This document shows, piece by piece, positions 14,138-27,600 of a stretch of DNA of 64,000 bases. Origin of the DNA: Phoronis australis (lineage: Eukaryota > Animalia > Phoronida); NCBI GenBank assembly GCA_002633005.1, contig NMRA01000019.1, positions 876,414 through 940,413 on the forward strand, in the 5' to 3' direction. Each line of letters opens with the position of its first letter. The stretch's first letter is position 1. Under the pieces are notes generated by a model that ran no database searches, was not told where the DNA came from, and worked only from the letters and a program-made list of their open reading frames with translations. The translations under genes and the position numbers were made by a program.

Positions 14138-16949
14138 GACTATGGTTTACCAACCAAGCGCAATGTTGGGCTTTCGAACAATCGTAAGTCCCCAAAACCA
14201 AGTTCCGGTACCTCTGGATTTCTCAACCCTATTTACGAAGGTTTAGAAATGGAAAATGGGGCTGGAAGCACAGGGCAAGCACAGAGAATATTTCTCGAAG
14301 ATCCTCGGAAACCAAGTAAAGACAGCCGTTATCAAACGCGAAACAACGACAGACAAGCTGGCTACAGGTCATCCTACATGGAATTTGATGATATCGGTGA
14401 GTGAATTTTATTGCAGCATTCATTGCACAAAAAGGTGTTTCGTATGAAAATGTTACAGTTTCTTAGGCTCAAAAATAGACTTGAAAATAAGAAAATATCA
14501 TTTACATGCATACTTTAATTTAAATACGGCAAAACTGAGAGTACTGCTAAGTAAGGGAGAATTTGAAATTGATTGTTGTTAAGCTTCTAAGAATGCAATT
14601 GAGTCGGCGTTGGCTGAATCAAAGACGGTTAACTGGTATGAGAATTCCGCATGCGAATTTGTTGATAGAAAGCGCTAACTGGACTAACGTTATATAAATT
14701 CTGAAATTTTTAACAAATCTGTGACATTGACTTTAATTTTCAGAAGACCCCAGGAGAAAAAGATCGAACTCGAGATGCCCTGTCAGCAAATCGATGAAAA
14801 AATTTATAATATTACTGGTCGTCGTTTGTGTTCTGGTACTAATAGGAGTAGTAGTGTTCTTCTTACGTAAGTTTTATTTAGTTGATAGTCACAATTAATG
14901 TCTTACTCATACATCTGTGGCAAATTTTATCTTCACACAAAATTGTGGTCGCGGCGTCTGTTGTTACCTTTCAGTTTGCTTGTCCGTCCATTTTTTTCAA
15001 AAACCGCTTGGTCATAATGAAATTTCGCAGGAATGACGGATACCTGTCGATTTTCGGACGGATTTGACTACGGTGGCATAATCTGCAAAAAAATCCTTGT
15101 TCGTCAATTCTTGTTGAAACAACATGATGAAGTTAGTCCAAACATGACGCAACGGTACGTGGCGGGAATACACTGACACCAGTTACACAGACTTGACATC
15201 TGTGGCAATGGCGCCCCCTGTTGGTTGATCGGTTTTCAACAAGTATTTGTCGATGGATTAGTTTTTGGCAAAACGACCGGGCTAATTTTGCCGAAGCATT
15301 AACTTGACGCAGAGATATGAAGTGGAAATGCGCTAGCACCAGTCGCTTTTTGGATGAAGTAAACTATCCCACCTAGCTCCTCTGTTGACAATTGTAGTTA
15401 CCATAGCTATTTGACGAAACCGGATACAGAAATATAAAGCGAGGATGTACTCATATGCACATGCGTATCCATACGCGTATACGTTTATGTATATACAATG
15501 TATATACAATGTTAATACATATAAGTACCTGCAAACGCCGCTCACTGACTCACATACACGGGATCGGACTCACAAAACACGAATCATTCACCCTTTACAC
15601 GGTCACGGACTCACAAACATGACAGAGGCACAGCCAAACACGATTCACTCCTATGAAGCATGCCCGATACACGGCCACTGACTCATCGGCTTCCCGGTAA
15701 GTAGCGTTAAACAGTGATTATTACTACACAGAAAGGGAGTTGAAACAGAGGTTCTTTTTACGGAGTTTGAACGGTCCAAGTCATTTTGAGAACAAAGCAG
15801 AAGATAACGTAAGTCGCTACTCTCACTGCCAAAATTGAGAATTGATGTTACAGAAAGATTTTGGACGCCAAAAAATTGTAGAACAAATAAGCACTTTAAA
15901 TAAAGATAATGTTTATTGTCTCTAATTAACAACAATTACATCACATTAGAGAAAAACATATGATCAAAATTATATTTAATCTTGCACCCAGTTGCCCATT
16001 CCGATTTCTACATTTTATTCGTAAGCCGTGTTTGGCGGTTCGTGTGCCGTGTTTTTACGTGAATGTGAGTCCGTGGCCGTGTACTTTGGGTGAATGAATC
16101 GTGTTTTGTGAGTACAATCCCGTGTATGTGAGTCAGTGAACTGTGTTTGCAGGTACGTGAGTCGTGTTTTTGCGCCCGACACCGTGTTTAGCAGTCTGTT
16201 GACCGGGTAGTTTAAGTACCTTGTGTTAGTCCATCAAACTTCTATATATCCTAAACCCCACGAAATTTGAGAATAACAAATTTGGTAAGTGTATTTCTAT
16301 GAACGTTATAACGGATGACAACGACTTTTGGACGCTGTGTCTCCTAATGGCAATTTCGTTTAAAGATTTGCCTCTATACTTGCAGAGTTCGAAACGTCTT
16401 TTCATAAAATTTGACAAATAGATTTCACTTAAGGAGACGACGCCTTCTCGTTTTAGAATGGATTTTACGTATTATGCGCCTCCTATACTGGCCATTTGTG
16501 TACTATTTTCAAGTCTGTTTCTTAGCGTTCATCCACCAAACCGCTCAAAGGATCATAAAAGTAGACAGATGTATTCCTACAGAGAAGACCAGGGACGATC
16601 AAGCTGCAAAAACCGGCTTCCATAAAAAACTTCTGCTTTAGACCACTTGCAGCTTATTTGAATTTGTTAACATAGTTTCCCTTCCTCAAATTGGAGGCGA
16701 TTTCACGGCTTTGAAAGAAAGAACTGCCAGTTCCTTATTGCTTGAGTCTCTATAAGTTGGTTTGATGGATGTTTATGAAATTCGTTATGTTTATATTATT
16801 TGAGGATAGTACACATCACAACTTTGGGTTTATTTGCGTTGCCGTGACTTCTACCAAATTTCTCGATAGACTCTAATGAAATTTGGCAAATAATTTACAA
16901 TCACTGAGACCACATAAACAGCATATCTCCCGGATTTGACTTTCCATTA

Positions 16950-16989
<40 letters not shown>

Positions 16990-19744
16990 CTTTGTCGTCC
17001 TGGGCATCTCATTGTTCGTCAAACTGCTTAGTCATGAATGGTGACACCGTGGCAGGTGTGTTACTATTGAGCAGAGCATTGTCGACATGCCTTGTACCCC
17101 TAGGGTCTATTTTGAGTGAAGTAGTAGCCTATTGCTCCCTTTAGTGGTAATGTTTAAAACAGCAATTATCCATTGTATATGCCATGCGTGCAATGCACAG
17201 GGTGGGCGCATATCAAAGCACCGCGTTGCTCTTGATAACTTTGATTTGTAGTGGACAAACTAGTTCAATTACATTACCTAATACTGCCAAACATCGCTAC
17301 AAATAGACTTGATTACTTTTATGAGATTTTCTATGCATCTCTTGTAGTTTCAACGAGTCCGACAGACACAACATCTAAGCCATTCGTAATAAGGAGAGGA
17401 ACAGGTGAGTTAAAAACGTTCTTCCAAAATTAGGATTTGTCTTTAAAATTGACAAATTGCATGTTATATTTCTATTTATTTACAACGTTTTAGTGTCATT
17501 CGCTACATTTGAGTCTGAGTTGAGTCTTTAAGCTCGGGGATTAAACCCTGAGACCAGACGTAGTAGAAATCCTCCAATTCATTCTATCAGTTGGCAGTGT
17601 GCAGCAGCAGTTGAATTTGTTTCATTGGGCAACACCTTTCAAGGATCGATGTTTGTGTCCCTGCGAAAGTCTTCAAAAGCTTGAGCAATTTTACACTTCC
17701 ATATTATTGCTAATTCATATATTGCGCTGTATGAGTATATCCTATTTCAGGAATGAGACTTGACACCACATCACCGTTTCAAACTCCATTGTCACGAACA
17801 TCAACAGGGCATCTGTTAACAAAACTTCTCGTCACCACAACAATACAACAGAAGAGGACAACGACAATAGCAACTACGAAAACATTGACAAAAACAACAG
17901 AAACAGCAACAACACCAACAACAGTAGCAGTATCAACAACAGCACCATTGACAACGTCAACAACAGCAACAGAAACCACATCAACTACCGAATCGTTAAC
18001 AACATCGACAACAGAACTGCCAACAACGTCGACAACAACAGCAGCAGAATCAACAACAACACCATTGACAACATCGACAACAGAACCGCCAACAACGTCG
18101 ACAACAACAGCAGCAGAAACAACATCAACAACAACACCATTGACAACATCGACAACAGAACCGCCAACAACGTTGACAACAACAGCAGCAGAAACAACAT
18201 CAACAACAACACTATCGACAACATCGACAACAACATCAGCAGCAACAACAGTATCGATGACAGTAGCGTCAACATCGACAGTAGCACCAACAACATCAAA
18301 AACATCAGCACTAATAACAACGGCAGCAACAACGTCGACAACAGAAGCAGCAACGTCATCGACAGCACCAAGAACATCACCAACAGCACTTACAACATCT
18401 GCATCAACAGCAGCAACGACAAGCATGACAACAGTAGCAACAACACCAACAGCAGGAACGCCAACATCAAAAGAATCTCCGTCAACAAAAGAAATCATAA
18501 TAACATCGACAGCAGCAGCAACATTGGCTGCAGCCCCAACAACACCAACAGCAGCAACTTCCACGGCAGCAGTAACAATGTCAAGAACAGCACCAACCAC
18601 ATCGACAGATGCGGCAGCTACTCCATTATTTCTAGTCTCAACAAAATCGACAGGAGCACAAACAACATCAACATTAGCAGCAACAACAGCATCAGAAGCA
18701 ACAACAGCATCAGCAGGAACATTAGCTGCGGCTACAACTTCGAGGCCAGAAACAACGACATCGACTTCAGGACCAAAAACCTCTTCAACATCACCCATAG
18801 CGACAAATTCACCGTCGACAATATCCGTAGGTACCGTGTTAGTAACAGATTCAAACGAAACGATTACAAGTATTACTACGGGGCTGGGGAAAACAACGAT
18901 AACAACTGGACTCATCCCGCTATACTCGACAGAAACTACTGCAAAGCTTGAGACAGAAACTTCGACAGCGCATTTAACTTCAGCAGCACCAACATCAAAA
19001 GCTTCAACGATTTCGATGTCTGCTGAAACAACTGACGGTGAGTCGACTAAAACAGCAGCGATCAGAACATATACCCCAACAACAGAGATAATTTCAAGGT
19101 CAACAACCTTGAACGCTTCGCCAAGTTCAAGCAGCACAAGTGAACCAAAAGCCCTTACAAACTCGGTGACAGACATTAATAAGACATTTCCGACAACATC
19201 ATCTACACAAACAATGTTGGTGGAAACAGCACTACCAACAACAGAGCCACCCACAACAGTTGAAGAAGCATCATCAATAACAACTGAATCAACGCAAACG
19301 GCATCAACGTCAACAGATCGAACACACACGTTAGGGATTGGTTCGCAATTAGCAACTACAGAAACAATGGAGACAAAAGTGTTTGGTGCATCACTGACAA
19401 TTTTAGCGACAACAAAGACAAGAACAGATGCATCACTCACAGTAACAAATCCAATAACAGCAGAAATGAGTAGTACAACACTGTCAAAGGCGATAAACAA
19501 AACCCTGACATCAGAATCAGCGCGAACAACACAAAACGATGGACAATTAACGACACCGGTATCATCACAAATAACGGATGCAGCACTGACAACTTTTGAA
19601 TCAACCCAAACAACAGTAACTGATACTCCATTGACAAAATCAGAATCAACACTGTCCACAACAACAACAACACTGACAACAATAACAACAAAAGGATCAA
19701 CCTCTTCCACGGGTCAATTGTTATCAACTGCAGGCAAACCATGA
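14138..19744 (+). CDS. Type II single-pass membrane protein with Thr/Ser-rich mucin-like ectodomain (5' end uncertain)
   Basis: Exons 14138-14396, 14744-14866, 17348-17404, 17751-19744 join in frame through three phase-1 GT-AG introns: DYGLPTK...GFLNPIYEGL...SYMEFDDIEDPRRKRSNSRCPVSKSMKK-FIILLVVVCVLVLIGVVVFFLL-STSPTDTT...GMRLDTTSP...(T-rich)...STAGKP*. Basic residues before the hydrophobic stretch imply N-in topology. A possible first coding exon is 9322-9348 (MAKSRIERK|gtaaga, phase 0). Confidence 0.75.
15525..16156. mobile_element. MITE with long (~100 bp) imperfect terminal inverted repeats
   Basis: GTACCTGCAAAC..CACTGACTCACATACACGGGAT..CTCACAAAACACGA.. at 15525-15620 is mirrored at ~16060-16156; AT-rich centre. 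Confidence 0.7.
16952..16988 (+). repeat. (GT)n microsatellite
   Basis: Pure TG run in the intron. Confidence 0.95.
17945..18235 (+). repeat. Degenerate mucin-type tandem repeat (PLTTSTTEPPTTSTTTAAETTSTTT-like units) inside the large exon
   Basis: About three recognisable ~23-25 aa units in the ORF translation and ACA/TCG-rich repeated DNA. Confidence 0.75.
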
Positions 19745-20805
19745 GACTGAACCAGCTGTGTGAGAAACCAATGCAACGTTTTTTGTTGCTGTTGTTTTTT
19801 GTTGTTGTTGGTTTCTTTATTGTTTTTTAAAAATTTTATTGAACAAAACAACGTCAAATACAAAACATAGCGGTAGCATGACTATTGGGTTTTGTTTATG
19901 TAGGCCCAAAACATTCATACTATTTCACCCGAGCATGTTATTCTGTTTAAAATGGATACCAGTCAACGATAAATAAGCAAATCTATTTACCCGAATAATA
20001 ATTTATACTCAGACCATCTCTTATCAAATAAGGTACGCTTTTGTTTTTAATATATGTTTGATAGCTTTTCTAGTTAAAATATTGTTTAAATTCCTTTCTG
20101 TAACAATGCAACGTTACTCTCGTCTCTTGTCAACTGCTTAATATCTAAATGTCTCTAGTGGTGGTGGTTCACCAATAGTGCCACAGAATGGCGTGTTGGT
20201 CCGTGACCAACCAGTACGATACTCGTGCAGGTACTGGTTACACAGGCTGTGAAAAGCTCCGTCAAAAGGAGACAATAATCGATCTTGACAAAGACAAACC
20301 ATTTCCGTAATGTCGAAATGTTTGTCCATATTTATTTATTATTCTACTGTCTATCTGAATGTTTTATCGGAGTCGCGTTGCGCGCCTTTGCTGTAATTGT
20401 ATTTGGTAAATGTTTGACTAAATCAGTAAAATTTGAAAGGCGATCTGAACTACGTAGGTTTAAAATATTTTTACCAATTACGTCATATAAGTGCAGAGAG
20501 ACATGCCATTTGTGTTTGTTATCGAATGTATCGAATATTTGTGCCACATGAACATATTTTAATACGTTAAAATAGTTAAAAATAGTTAAGCAATATTTTT
20601 GATGCATGTATTAACGAGAGCAAGGTTGTCTAAATTTAGACGCTCTTTTTCATAACCACTTCTGAAATGTTGTCTGAACAATCAGTATTATAGTTAAGAA
20701 ATCTCGGAATTTGTTGTTGTATTGTTGAAATATTAAATTGTAGCAAATTATTCAGTTATGTATTACATGTATTCAATGATATTGTTGTTGTCTGTACTTT
20801 AACAC

Positions 20806-20977
20806 CAGGGGCGGATCCCGGATTTTGCGTTAGGAGGGGAAGGGGGCAGGGCAGAGTATTAGCCAGGATTTTGCCCGTCAGACATTCGCACCCCCGAACT
20901 GCCAAATGAAATCAGGGAGAATTTTAGGGGGGTGGGCATGGCCTCCTTGCCCCCCCTCCCCCGTAAATCCGCCACTG
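20806..20977. mobile_element. 172-bp MITE with 5-bp target-site duplication
   Basis: TIR CAGGGGCGGAT / ATCCGCCACTG flanked by AACAC on both sides (20801-20805, 20978-20982). An inverted family copy lies at ~62958-63125. Confidence 0.8.
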
Positions 20978-21684
20978 AACACCCTGACCATTAAATAAGA
21001 TGATAATAAACGCTGCTATGCAAACTTGCATTTTATCAAACAAATAGCTTTATTTACAAAGTTAACAGTTATAAAACTGACTATAATTTGTTTCTTACTC
21101 AGACAGCATTTAAATGAATTGTGTTGTTCTAAAGATTTGACAATTCTTTACGGCTCTATACCATGATATGCGCATAATATGAGCTAATTTAAGACCTTGG
21201 TCTCTATCAACGACGAACTGTCCTTGAAAAGCCGCCCAACAGTCACTTCTACTGTAATCTGAGTACGAAACAAGCCAACTTAGGATGGTGCGCGATATGT
21301 TTTTGACAGAGAGCAGCAACAACAACTGTATACAAGAGAACAAATCAATATCCGGAGACGTGCTCTATGCGTTAACGGCTGATGATCCCATTCCGACAGC
21401 ACTCGGCTTTTCGGCTGTTTGTATCATCAAATAATCGCCACGTTGTTTCAATAAAAAAGAATTACACATTCCTTGACATAATTCCCAATTTAAACCGCCT
21501 TTGTCGCTGCTGTTCACGTACTAAATAAGACGTGCATCATCGTAGTGCGTCTCCAGATGGCCTTAATCTCACAGAGAAGCACCACGGATACCCTGAGATA
21601 AAGAAAACTAATTTGCGCCAAACAGTTGGCGCTACAGTTCTTCAATGTGAAATTCTGTTAATGATTATTCTCCAGAAGTCATTA

Positions 21685-24600
21685 TCAACCGGCAAGTTTT
21701 GTTTGCCCTTTGACGTTGTGATTCTTGGACATAGCACTCAGAACTACGTCAAGAAGACCATGTCCTGTCTCCTTATTTGTTGGCGACGTAGGCGGAGTCC
21801 ATTCTTCGGGCGGCGGTGTTACCGTGAAGCCTGTCTTGCACTGTGGAACCGCGCTGATAGGGATCCTCTTTTCTGATATGGCAGACCGCGGTCGACCTTC
21901 TATCTTTATCTGGTTATCCTAAAATATTCCATCAAAATGAATCGGTTAAGGCGTAGGTGTTCGTTACAGTGGGTTCAACTGAGTTAACAACTCAAACTTG
22001 TATCGTTCAAAATGTTTTCGTGACATAAAGTTTCAGTCAAGTATATCGAGCAGCCTTTTCGATTTTTTTTTGTAAAAAGTTTGAGTCTCCATTGCCCGGT
22101 TGCGTGAAACAGGGACTCAACTAAGGTCCCTAAATCTTTTTCGTATTTGTTTCGTTCTCTAGGTACAGGTGTAATATTTTTTCTATAATTTAATCTTTAT
22201 TATGAGCTCTTCTTTGAATAATGACATTTTCTAATAATATGACTAAAAACTGAGCCCTCAATTCAATCAAAACAGTTAGGGACTTACTCCTTAAATTGGG
22301 TGCGTTGCATGAAAAGTTCCCTACTTATTTTCAATAATATTTAGAATTCAATCTAGATTTCACTCTCGATTTGTATCAAAGCCAAAAATTGGCGTAGTAA
22401 TGATATTCAAACAGCATAAGATAGGACAATCAGTGTTTTCACAAGCCCGCAAATACGCAGTAGATTTAGGGACCTTAGTTGAGTTCCTATTTGGGACTGT
22501 TTCATGCAACCGAGCACATGAAGTTTCACTTTTCTTTTTAAAATAAACCATGTGAACTCAAATGCTCCCCACTCCGCCGGATTTGACCCAAGATGAAATG
22601 CGCATTATCCTTATTTGGAAAGTAGACATTATGACAGCGAATCTTGATCTTATGGTGAATAAAAATGTTGCAACTACTTAGCAGAGTCCTCAGGGAGGGC
22701 GACAAATCTGGCGAAATCCCATTGGACGGCCAGTGGCGGACATTTGTCATGAACCGTAGCGACACCTAGCGGAGGTGTGCTCCGAAGAAAACAAATATGG
22801 TGGACACTGACTGAGAAAAGACATTCTATTATTTTCCTTTGCGTTTTCAGCTCCATAATCTTCTATCGTCTTTGTATTTAATGTTTATTGTTTAAAGATG
22901 TGTGTGCGTGAGCGCATGCATCATCTATGGGAAGCAAGTTTGAAACTGGGTACGGAAGAAAGAGCTTTTCAGGAGCGTAAAGTTTCAAAACTGATGAAGT
23001 GGTTATTTCTTAAAAATTGTTTCACAAATAGAAATGAATATTTCTTTAGTAGGCATTACGAAAATGGACTTTTGTCTGGAATTGTTTAAAAGTTATTTTT
23101 GACAAGGCTTCATGTACCGTACCCCTTTAAAGTAAAGTTGCTTATACGTGTGTATATTAAGCGCTACTTGTGACACAACTTGCTTTTTTGTTCAGGCACG
23201 CTTTTCGTGGGCAACGAAAGCCGCGTCAGAGATTTTTGTAAAGCACTTTATAAGCTGGATGATGGCTAATGAATAAGACGGTTTACGACCCAGTGAATTG
23301 TATAAAAAGACATGTATAGGTGATAGGTACAATCTCATGATCACTGTCGGTGTCTTCTCTCCGACCGGGCAAAAATACAAAGATGTGCTAATTTGAATAT
23401 TGCGTGGTTTGTGATAGAGACCGAAACTTTCATTTCGAGTGTGGAAGAGACACTAGCACTGACCTCTGTTGTTGAAATAACCAGGTCTAACACATTTCCT
23501 GCCATTTCTGTGTCCGGTGTTTTCGGCCTCAGTGAGGGCGACAGTCGAGGAGAAGCTGGGGTAGATCTAGACCTATTCACCACAGGGGATTGGGGTCGTC
23601 TCAGAGTTTGGATGCTGAATCGCTGGTGTATATCTGGAAGCACTCCCGCTCGTACATTTGCCGCCTGGTTTGGGGTGGGCGTACCCAAGGAGGTCGAAAA
23701 TTCTTGTGTCTTCATGTTTTGGTTTGCCTTCATGTGTTTGCGTTGTTTTATTCGAAATTCTTGCTCGCCCTTTATCAGTTCACTGGAATAGACAATATGA
23801 CTATCTAAATATAATGTCACGCACATACACATTTTTGAAGAAAGTGTATCTCCCCAGGGTCTCAAGGTGTGTACAAATGCCCAAAACTGAATTCATATGC
23901 AAGACTATGGCTAAGTCTTCTAATTCCATTAAAGGAACATTTTCGTTTTTGCGGTCGAAAACGCATTTTGGGATTGATAAACTTTTTGAAGTTATTTAGC
24001 ATCGACGAGAGCTACACCGAAACAACAAAATCGGTTGTGTTTTTGTGATTTTGTTGCAAGTCGCCAATTCTAACTGTACGGTCTGCCGGTCACTCGCAAA
24101 ATTAAAGGCTAAGACATCTAAGGGGCTTCAAGCCGGAAGTCCTCAAAGAGAGCCAATCAGATGTTTTAACCGGTTAGCCCGGCGGAAACGGCGAAGTCAA
24201 TCGTATATTGTCAGTGGCGAACCAAAAACTAATCCAGAATTCTTATGCCGGAAACGAAAAGCTTAGGCTTCTTTCCTTAAATCAGAATTTCCGAGAAAAA
24301 AGCGAGGTCACGCAAGTCTTCTCCAATGATATTGAAAAACTAAAATTAAATTTTGCCACGTGCTTGTTACAAGTGATCTACACAGGCCTTCAAGATACGG
24401 ACATCGTACATCACGAGTGTTAGTTTTCAAATTGCACACAGCATGGCAGCTGGGACAGTGACAGTTGGCAATAAAGCTGAAACATTCCTCAGACCTACGA
24501 CACTGGAGGTAGGCTTATGATATGTTGGTGAAAGAAGTTACCTTAGATCAATGGAACCGCTATCGTCTTTATCTAAGCGCTTTAACAAGGTATCCAACTG

Positions 24601-27600
24601 GCTTTGAGTCAACGGAATCTTCGCCACCTGAAAGAGACCGATAACGTTTAGGACGTATAGCAAGATTTAAAATATATATGAAAACAGTTCCCGCCTTCAC
24701 GCTAATGCTGTCTACTCATGGGCGGCGCAGCACTGAAAAAGGTGGGGAACTATAGCCCCCCAGCCCCCTCATGGTGCGCCGCCCATGCTACTTTCTAGTT
24801 AATGCAGAACAATTCCTAACAACGATTTTCTGTGGGCACCGTGTTTCCGTTTGGTTGCATTTTTACCGTGTTGTTCAGATGCAGGTGTACAAAATCACGT
24901 GTATAGTAATACAAAGAACCTGTAGCCAGGCTAGGTAAACATAATGGGCAACTTTAAATTTACCAGGTGGCGCTAATGCGACAACGACCTCTGTAGAATG
25001 TATTTATTTCGTGAGCCAACACTAGCGCATTATCTCCGCATGTAACTAAACGCGGTATTATCAGACGAGAAAACCAGGGAATTATTTTGACAAGTTCACT
25101 AAAAAGATTACGTTCATGTTGATAAAAATTTGCACTGCCCTAAATCAAATTACATGTTAATTAAATAACATAAATTTTAGCCAATCATTTTCAACTATTG
25201 GCGATCTTATTCACCAAACAATAATTGATTTAATCATTCACATATTCCTCCGATTCTTTGACACAAGTTACGGTAAAGTAGAAAATGGGAGATCATGAAG
25301 CCAATAATTACAAAATTCTTTACATTGAACAAAAAATTCCACCTGATTGCCCAAATGAATATTCAGTTCCAAGTTCACGCCTACGCGATCTTATAAACAG
25401 GATTCTAAGTTCACGCACAGCAGCGGCACGGGGCTATGAGCCCACAGGAATGTTTACTGCTCTCCGTATATACACGTGAGTTAACAAGAGGACCCAATAC
25501 TCGTTAGCACCACCTGTTGAATACAATGTCTCCCATTAAAACGTCTCAAGCGTACAGTAATTAACGCATTGAAGTCCACGTCATACGACCATGTATGTAA
25601 CATAACTATCAATTGCAATCCATCTTATCGATTTCGAACTTCGGTTTCTACCGAGCTTTGGTAATACATAGCTTGTGAGTGGTACATGAAACATGTCTTC
25701 AAGGAAGTGTAGCGAATATCATTACAAACCTGTAAACCGTTTACGAATTCAGATCGACTGAGGTTCCAGTCTTGGTTCGTGTCGAATTGTTTGAACATGT
25801 CAATCAAACGGTAACCCTGCGCGCGCACGTAAGACATGAGCAGGAAGAATGGGTTGACCTCGTACTTTTGGGCGTAACGTTTGGCTAATGCGTCGTCGCT
25901 AGACACGTAACCACCGTGCACTACTTCGAACGCGGGCTTTTGCTGCTGGATTTCAGCGATCATGGCACCCACTGTGAAAGTGATGGGAGTGTCCTAGAAA
26001 TGAATTTTACGGAAACTTTAATAATAGATGCGAAAACGTTATCAGGTGTAAGATCTATTCTGGCTCTTACATACCGTGCGTAAATAAACAACAGATTTTT
26101 GTTTATTTTGGAGCCATTTCGAAGATTCTGGTGTAAAGTGGTATTAATCAAGCACCACCGAGACATGCCAGTTCAAAAGCGTGCTAATACATATATTCAT
26201 TGTCGTATTAAGGGAGCCTGGAATCCCGCGACTAAGAAAAAATCAACCAGAATAACATTTTTAGCGGTAAGGAAAATATTTTTCTTTCGAGATGTGTAGT
26301 GGGCCGCCCGCGACAAACTAGGTTCGCAACTGACTTACCGAAAATCCCAGGCTTGAGATCGCGCTGTTGGGATTCCGTTTAATTGCGTCCAACAACTTTG
26401 TAACTCCTGCTGATGTGACTGGATTCAGGCCCATCTAAAATTACACAACAACTCTTAAACTTTCATTTCACTCTGTTCATATGGCTAAAACCGTTGGCAA
26501 TTTTCTCTAAAACCGGCCTAAACATTCCTTACTGTGATAAGATTCCATTTCCGTTACCAACCCAAGTCACAAGCAATGTATACATGCGACATTTTGGAAT
26601 TCGTAATTTTAGGGTTGGACAATCCTAATAAAATCTGAAGCGTCTCTCGAGTAGTTGTATAGTTTTGAGATTCTTGTTAGAAGAATCCTATCATGGTAAG
26701 GTAAGAGGCTGATTTTATGAGAATAAAATTGTTAAATCCGACTTTCGTTTTTATGCCAGCTTTAAGATACGAGTTCTGCATAAGGAATCATTTGGAAGTC
26801 ACTGGCTAAACGTAAAATGCAATGTTGGAAAAAGTTACATGACTTCAGGTGTCGCTAGTGAATAGTGACGTCACAGCTTGTGTGTAAGATCACAGATTTC
26901 GTTCATTGAAGGAGTTGGCGGTCCTTGTACTATATAACCTACGATGAGTTTGACTTACGAGAACATTACGTATTTTTAAATCACTTATTAACGTCGAAAA
27001 TGGTAATTGTTTACCAGTCATGCACAGCTTACAAATGCACGAAGTTAAACATTTGTGTCATGAATGGTTTTCCGGAAAGAAAACACCTGGTCATCCCGTT
27101 TCAAACTGAAAAGTTTGAAACAGTTATCTTATAGTGCTCTAAGTCACACGCTGCCATTTGACAGTAACTTACCCTGAGCACCTTCAGTGTTTCGTTAACT
27201 TTCAGTGAGGCGAAGAGGAAAGCAGTGCCTTCTATCGTTATTCTGTTGCACGTCAGGTCCAAAATTTGAAGAGTTGTGTTCACTTTGAGCGACGAAGCGA
27301 AATAAAAAGCACCGTCGTTGGATATCCCGTTCCAAGAGACGTCGAGTATTTTAATGCTCTGGTTATTCTAAAACAAAATGCCTGAATTCTCAAAAACACA
27401 TCTTTCCAAGGTTCCACCATGACTTTTCGCTTGCTACTGTTGTATGATGTTTTAGTTCATTATGATAATTTTAGCAACAACACTGCGGCATCGTAATTAA
27501 TTCGCATTTGATAAAAAAGTTTTTTATTTGGTTAGGTGTGGGTTTTAAAATTCCCCGCCTTGACATACCTTTAGTGCACTGCCAATAGCCCGAGCGCCTC

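Noticed and set aside
17779-19710. 643-aa Val-rich antisense ORF (and the nested Leu-rich ORFs) opposite the mucin exon
   Set aside because: In this frame a stop needs a sense Tyr codon after T/C or a His/Gln codon after T. The mucin has very few such residues and its codons mostly end in A, so the open frame is a compositional shadow.
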